Of a stretch of 64,000 nucleotides of DNA, positions 56,745-64,000 are shown one piece after another. The stretch lies in NCBI GenBank assembly GCA_964016885.1, contig OZ024755.1, forward strand, positions 25,110,001 to 25,174,000, written 5' to 3'. The notes beneath the pieces are model-generated. The model saw nothing but the letters and a program-made list of their open reading frames with translations, ran no database searches and was not told the origin of the DNA. Position numbers and translations under genes: made by a program. Origin of the DNA: Eledone cirrhosa. Lineage: Eukaryota. The first letter of the stretch is position 1. Each line of letters opens with the position of its first letter.

Positions 56745-57149
56745 ATGTATATGTAGTATGTGCGTCTAACAAGGAAAGCTATTAAAAAAAGACAACCAAA
56801 AAACAAGGCGGATTTTTACGCAAAAGAATTAAAAAGTTTCTGTGGCAAAGATTAGCAGCTTGTAAATATCATTCTGATTAAAAATACGTTCATCTGTGTT
56901 GTGGATTGGTGTGCATATGTGTATGTGTGTAGTTTGGGAGTGGGATGGAAGGCGAAAAATGGCGCGTGCTTGCTATTGATAACAACAAAATGGCGCCCAG
57001 GTCAAATGTTTTATGGTTTACTTCTTAATTTTTGTTGTTGTTATTTCCCCTGATTTGCGTGTGACCGTTCACTGATACAGAAACGTTTACTTTTCCTGAT
57101 AATATTAAAGATTAGGGAGATCGGTACCACATTCAGCAACCATTTTATG

Positions 57150-57307
<158 letters not shown>

Positions 57308-57323
57308 ATATATATATATATAT

Positions 57324-57432
<109 letters not shown>

Positions 57433-57714
57433 ATATATATAGTCACACACACGTATATATGAACTATGTACTTACATATATATATATATTTGTACACACA
57501 CACATATATATATGTACTATGTACATATATATATATATATTTAGTAAATTGAAGTGTAGCTCTATGTGTGTGTGTGTGTGTATGATTTGGTAGAATATAT
57601 TTATAGATGGGAAAGCAATGTGTGTTATTTTTATGTATTTATATATAGCTTTATAGGCACAAACACACATACCACTTGTGTGTCAATGTGTGTATGTCAT
57701 GGAATTCTGATTAT

Positions 57715-57900
57715 TCGTTATACAACTTCCAGCGCATCTCCCTTACCATCGTCCGGGGAAACGCCTTCTCCATTCTGTCCGCCGGGGCTGAGGGGCGGCC
57801 TGCTCACACTATACAGAGCGATGGTGGGAGTTCGGACACATTGCACCTGTCGTGTGGATCTTGGGATAATTTTATAGGTTAAATAATCCACAACGATATA
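57715..57900 (+). mobile_element. CRE-clade LINE extreme 3' fragment
   Basis: FQRISLTIVRGNAFSIL resembles the CRE C-terminal FQRLSxAxQRGNA motif. Confidence 0.55.
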
Positions 57901-59078
57901 TTTACGGGTTGTGATTGTAAGGACATTTGGTGATAATGTAGGCAATGAGCAGTTGATTTGGCTGCTATTTCTAAAAAGCTGAGCGGTTCCGAAGAAATTT
58001 CCAACGATCAAATATGTCTACGAAAGGAAGTTTTGATAGTGGCAACTTGCATCTGTAATCTCCCTTTCACATATATACATAATTCTGTTATACATAATTC
58101 TGTGAAGAAGCGTGGTTTAGTAGTCATGGTACTTGATTCGCGATTGTAAAGTTGTGTAAAGAATCAGTAGAGCGACCAAGAAAGTGTCTTGTGCTATTAA
58201 CCCTTCTGATAAGAGTCCAATAAGATCAGAAATTAGATTAAAGATCTTTATCAATTTTTCAATTTACATGTAAATTCATATTGTCTGACGTGTTTACATG
58301 CTTACATATAGATAGGTGTATATATTGATACATGTTTGTGCAGCCGCGGTTACATACACTGTATTTATACAGATATAACTTTATACACCTGTTTGACGGG
58401 AAACCATTGACCGAGTTCCTTGTCATAAGCATCGTCTCCAAGTCCTTCGTTTTCCAATTTTTATGAACATTGTCATACTTAATGTCTCTCAGGCCTGGAG
58501 AGCGATGGGCCCTGTCAGGCTTAGAATGCCAAATAACGCTGTATATCAATACGGCGCCCCAACGACTCTATCAGGAGTTAAGGGATCATTTTCCAGGGCG
58601 GGTAAAATTCTCGAGATCTGTATTCAATTGATGTCATATTTTAATTTATGCGCCAACCAATGTAAACAAAATTATGACGGATTAAAACAAACTTTTCTTT
58701 ACTAGTATTGAATGTATTTTCAAATAAAATTCGTTTGAATGGTCTAGCTTTTTCTTTTCATGCCAAGTATTAGAGATTATTGACCCGACCACGTATATAC
58801 ATATACACACACACACATATATACATATAGACACACATGTACATATACACACCCATATATACATACATATGTACAGACACACGTACACACACACATATAT
58901 ATATATATATATACACACACACATATATATACACATATAAAAACACGTGTACATATACATACCCATATATACACACATGTACAGACACACACATGTACAG
59001 ACACACATATGTACACACACACACACATCTACAGACACACATATGTACACACACACACACACACACACACACATATGT

Positions 59079-59117
<39 letters not shown>

Positions 59118-59674
59118 CATATATATATATATATCCACATATACACACACATACGTACACACCACACATACTACGGTAAAGAAATCTTATCAAAACAACT
59201 TCGTTTTATGTAAAATCCTTCCCTTTAAGATAAAAAGGTGTTGGTTACTTTCAAGAACCTTGTTGTCTAGTTTCAGATGAGCTAACGTGTTTGTATGTGA
59301 CTATGATATATTTCTTATATATTACAAACGTTTTATCCGACCTCTAACGTATGACTAGTGAACTATATGTTAATATATTGCCGTCTACTTCATCGACCTT
59401 TGTTTAACTTTTATCTTATAAGTTGCACAACCTTATCTCAATACTATTTATTGTCTGCTGGTCTAAGTGCTACTTCTCTGGACAAAGAGGTAAACTCCAG
59501 GTACATTGAAATCGCAACACGCTTTCAATTTTCTAATTGTATCCACAGCCAGCGTTATCATTAACCATTTAGCATTTAAACCGGCCGTATCTAGCCAGAA
59601 TTCTTTCACCTCTTTCTGTTCAAACCGGCTCTAACCCGCCGCTCACACTGATGTTAAGGTATTGTGCTCAAAAT

Positions 59675-59998
59675 AAATAATATCATAATCTCAAAGATTC
59701 AATATTATGTGAAGTAATAATATCATAATCTCAAAGATTTAATATTATGTGAAGTAATAATATCATAACCTCAAATATTCAATATTATGTGAAGTAATAA
59801 TATCATAATCTCAAAGATTCAATATTATGTGAAGTAATAATATCATAATCTCAAAGATTCAATATTATGTGAAGTAATAATATCATAATCTCAAAGATTC
59901 AATATTATGTGAAGTAATAATATCATAATCTCAAAGATTCAATATTATGTGAAGTAATAATATCATAATCTCAAAGATTCAATATTATGTGAAGTAAT
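59675..59998. repeat. 40-bp minisatellite x8
   Basis: taataatatcataatctcaaagattcaatattatgtgaag, near-identical units. Confidence 0.95.
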
Positions 59999-60317
59999 TA
60001 TATCAGATTAAACCCTTTACCACGAAAATACAGTAATATATATAGAGTAATGTAAATGCTAAAGTAGGCAAACCTCAGAGAAGCACATTACTGAAACTTA
60101 AAATATCAATTTTGTACAAATTTGTAATATGAAATTAAATATATAACAATTTCCTTCGATCAGTAAATAAACATCTTTTTCACATAGGAGTGTTATTGAA
60201 ATACCCATATATATATATATATATGTATGTATAAATACATACATACATACAGGCTATTAAGTTAGACATGGCCTGGGCCAATACTGGACGAAACCTATCA
60301 AAGTTATCAGTTATATA

Positions 60318-60358
<41 letters not shown>

Positions 60359-60359
<1 letters not shown>

Positions 60360-60482
60360 GTTCGGATCTAACTGTTGAAACGGTCGGATCTCAGGCGTCA
60401 GGCTCCTGACTCTTTTCCTGTTACCCACTCTGCTACCCTAAGTATCGGGTACCCTGATATCTTACCAAACTTTCCGAGTTAT
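60359..60482 (+). mobile_element. Family A mini-PLE (single arm, deleted)
   Basis: agttcggatcta...ctcttttcctg + tail. Confidence 0.7.
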
Positions 60483-60514
<32 letters not shown>

Positions 60515-60775
60515 GGCAGAAGGTTCAGTAAGTCCGAAGAAAACTGGTGAGGGCACCAAAGTCAGCACCCGATGTAGAGCAGTGTATATAAGAAGAACAA
60601 AGTGGAGGAGTTTCATAAGAAATTCATTGCTCAATCCTGGTGACAAATGTTTCATAAACAGTTGGCTCGTGATCCGGGTTGACGGTCCAGACCAGATAGT
60701 ACAATTAGAAATATCCCACTCCCCTATTCTCAAAATAAGTCAGTACATTACATTAGAGATAGAAAGGACAGTACA

Positions 60776-60980
60776 TTAGCAGTATCGGTAGAGCGTCGAA
60801 CAACATGCTTCGTGGTATAGACTTACGGCCCTTTACGTTCTGAATTCAAATACCGCCGAGGTTAGCTTTGCCATTCATCCCTACAGGCTCGATAAAATAA
60901 AGTAGCAGTAAAACATTGGGGTCGATTTAATCGATTATCCGCTTCCACAAAATTGCTGCTTTATGTCTAAATCAGAAATT
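60776..60980 (+). mobile_element. Older SINE type 1 relative
   Basis: tRNA-like head and tttgcc.ttcatcc...tcgataaaataaagta. Confidence 0.75.
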
Positions 60981-62159
60981 CTATTAGAGATACAACTTAT
61001 TTTATTCCTGCTTGCTTCGGGTGGACTATAAATCTGAACTAATTTTAATACTTATTTCTACACAATCCACGACACGGTCCTTCCTCCAACACAGTGGCCT
61101 GTACTCCCACAACTCCCTCCCAACACAATGGCTTGTAACATCTCAACACCTCCAACACAATATACTATACCCCAACATCACACACAAGATTATACCACCT
61201 CAACACACCAACAACACAATGAATTATACGAGTATACGTATCACCTCAATACACTCCCACACAGTGTCTGAACATCCCACAGACACGTGCACCTGTAACG
61301 TAGTTCTAAATAAAATTCAACGTGGTAATATGTAGTGTGGCTTCCCCTTTGAATTACAGGTACAACTCATTTGTCTTTCTAGCTGAGTGGATTGGACCAA
61401 CGTGAAAAAAGTGTCTTGTTCAAGGACACGATGCATTGCCCGGTCTGTAAATCGAACTCACGTCCTAAGAAAATATTGTACCAAGTACCCTAACCACTTA
61501 GCCAGGTGTTTGCACTGATATAGTTACGAGAAGTAATTTAATCTTTCCACTCCTGTAACGTAACATCCCATAAGTGCGGCTAAAATAGAGCTTATATAAA
61601 GCGTAAAGTCTTAATGAGTGGAATTGGTGATCCGATTAAAGCATTTCTTCCCCTAGTAACGTCATTTACAGCATGAATATCAATATTCTGTCGTTTCCCT
61701 CCACCTCCCTAAAACTACCACGCTTCGTGGCCGTGTCTGGAGAAGCTACTGGTTTGTAGTTAACTGTCTTTACTAAAGATATCCATCTCTAGTCTAGTGG
61801 GGAGCTCTTGGGAGGGGCTGGCGTGAAACAGCAGGTCCTTTGGAGGTTAATGAGAGCAAATTTAATAGATTCAACATCAAAGTGTTATCTGTTCCCTGTT
61901 GCTCAGTTATAATGACCAGACGAGGGAGGGGCCAGGACGTTAGAAACGTACTAAATGCCCTGTACTAACTTGTTAGATCACTTTACACTCGAGGATCGAA
62001 TCCCACAGCACCATTTAACCTTGTCACCTTAACACATACGAATTATATGTTGGATCAATACACACAGATGCATCTATCTGTGAACATTTGTGACTGGTTA
62101 ACAATATCAGAAATTCTAATAACTGAACTCGTATACATAGGAGGTACATGAAAATGTTG

Positions 62160-63005
62160 TGTTTTGGTGGTGGTGGGGGTGGGGGGGAAGCTGGTTGTGG
62201 AGGGGGGGTCTGGGTGGTGGTGGTGCTTGTTCCTTGTGTGGGTGGTGGTGGTGCTTGTTGCTTGTGTGGGTGGTGGTGGTGGTGGTGGTGCTTGTTCCTT
62301 GTGTGGGTGGTGGTGGTTATGGTGTAGTTGTTGGAGTTGGTGGTATGGATGGTAGTGATGATGATGGTGGTGGTGGTGGTGGTTGGTAGTGGTTGGTCTG
62401 GGTGGTGGTGGTGGTGGTGGTGGTGTGGTTGGTCTGGGTGGTGGTGGTGGTGGTGGTGGTGTGGTTGGTCTGGGTGGTGGTGGTAGTGATGATGATGGGG
62501 TCGGTGGATTTTGGTTGTGTGGGCGCGGTTGTGTGGTTGGTGGTCTGGGTGGTGGTGGTGGTGGTTGTTGGTTGTGTGGATGGTAGTGGTGGTGGTGTGG
62601 GTGTTAGTGGTGGTTATGGTGTAGTAGTAGTCGGAGTTGTTGGTGGTGGTGGTTTGTCGTGTGGATGGTGGTGTGGATGGTGGTGGTGGTGGTGTGGATG
62701 GTGTGGATGGTGGTGATGGTGGTGGTGGTGGTGGTGTAGTTGCCGGGGTTGGTGTAGTTGGTGGTGGTCGCAGTGGTGGTGGTGGGTGTGGGTGGTGGTG
62801 GTTGGTGTGGGTGGTGGTGTGGTTGGTAGTGTGGGTGGTGGTGGTGGTGTAGTTGCCGGGGTTGGTGTAGTTGGTGTGGGTGGTGGTGTGGTTGGTAGTG
62901 TGGATGATGATGGTGGTGGTGTAGATGGTGTTAATAGTGTAGTTGTTGTGGTTGATGGTGTAGATATTGCTCATGATGGTGTGGTTGTTGTTTTAGGTGG
63001 TGGTA
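62160..63005. repeat. (GGT)n-rich low-complexity region
   Basis: Direct inspection. Confidence 0.9.
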
Positions 63006-63082
63006 TGCTAGTTACTGGTAGAGGTGTACCAGTTTAAGCAGTTTAGTATCATATTAAATTAGTAAAGTATCATGGTTAATAC

Positions 63083-63275
63083 ATAATTGTTTCTACTTTT
63101 GGCACAAGGCCAGCAATTATCACAGTACATTACTGGTACTTTATTTTATCGACCCCGTAAAGATGAAAGGCAAAGTTAACCTCGGCGGGATTTGAACTCA
63201 GAATGGCATGGGCCGTAACTCTATGCGCCAATGCATGGCGTCCGACCCTCTACCGATACTGTCAATTCACCGCCC
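63083..63275 (-). mobile_element. Full-length SINE type 1 with ~14-bp TSD
   Basis: ggttaatacataat / ggttaacacataat. Confidence 0.9.
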
Positions 63276-63359
63276 CTGAGGTTAACACATAATACTAACG
63301 CCTATACAAAAGAAGAGGTGCACATATTCTAATGCATGTATCTGTGAACTCGCAAAAGT

Positions 63360-63756
63360 CGTGGCTTCGATTACTGGAATGGGCGGCACCTTGGTCCTTG
63401 AGCAAGACACTTTACTTCAGGTTGCCCTGATCTACTCAGAGAGGAAAAAACGAGACGTTCCTGTAATTCAAATGACCAGCATTGTCTCATCCGGTGTCAT
63501 GCTGAATCTCACTGAGAACGTTAACGCTACGCGTCTTTGGAATGCTCAGCCACTTGTACGCTAATTTCACAAGCAGGCTCTTCCTTTCAACGTATCAAAT
63601 GGAACATTCGGCTGTAACCGACGTCAAATCGGATCAGGTAGAAGGAGCAGCGTGAAATAATGTGTCTTGCTCAAGGACATAACGCATCGCCACGTCCAGG
63701 AATCAAACTTACGACCTCACGATTGTGAATCTAATTCTCATACCATTACGCGCCTT

Positions 63757-63757
<1 letters not shown>
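63360..63757. mobile_element. Two CORE-like SINE pieces, tail-to-tail (+ ~63360-63620; - ~63625-63757)
   Basis: GTCCTTGAGCAAGACAC on both strands. Confidence 0.7.
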
Positions 63758-63799
<42 letters not shown>

Positions 63800-63801
<2 letters not shown>

Positions 63802-63993
63802 CGAAGGAAATGTGGTAAGGAACCAGATGGACCATAACGCACCAAAGTACTCAATACTTAGGGTAGTAGAGTGGGTAATAGGAGTAAGTAAGACCCCGAC
63901 GGCTGAGCTCAAGCCGTTTCGACGGCTAATTCTGTACAGAATTAGCCGTCGAAACGGCTTGAGCTCAGCCGTCGGGGTCTTACTTACTCCTAT
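63800..63993 (-). mobile_element. Family A mini-PLE
   Basis: Tail + perfect ~58-bp fold-back centred near 63936. Confidence 0.85.
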
Positions 63994-64000
63994 ATATATA

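Noticed and set aside
56950-57005. Two AAAATGGCG (YY1-like) motifs as a promoter
   Set aside because: Short motifs with no linked exon or other support
59675-59998. CRISPR-like regular array
   Set aside because: Head-to-tail near-identical 40-mers with no unique spacers, in a eukaryotic context
62024-62974. 316-aa Thr/His/Pro-rich mucin- or extensin-like ORF
   Set aside because: (ACC)n-derived low complexity that is open in several frames on both strands; no signal peptide or splice evidence

Overview
Very AT-rich, microsatellite-dense metazoan genomic DNA. The SINE repertoire suggests a coleoid cephalopod such as Octopus (inference). I can support no intact cellular gene; nearly all supplied ORFs are translations of (TA)n/(CA)n/(GA)n/(GGT)n repeats. 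The window is a mosaic of tRNA-derived SINEs (two types), decayed LINE pieces (RTE, R4/Dong-like, CRE-like), hAT-type MITEs, a Chapaev3-like transposase remnant and minisatellites. The dominant signal is a set of several sequence-distinct, short Penelope-like element (PLE) families inserted into (TA)n. They carry minimal type I hammerhead ribozymes (about 15-20 intact or decayed motifs) and share a head-to-head fold-back layout: one arm ends at a fixed internal TA-like site and the other carries an extra 55-95 nt tail. In at least five families the tail starts with the same covarying bulged hairpin (ACUC-stem-loop-stem-UN-GAGU), a candidate cis signal for internal initiation of reverse transcription. 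Several palindromes have also grown by copying neighbouring DNA in inverted orientation. Coordinates were read by hand and may be off by a few nt.
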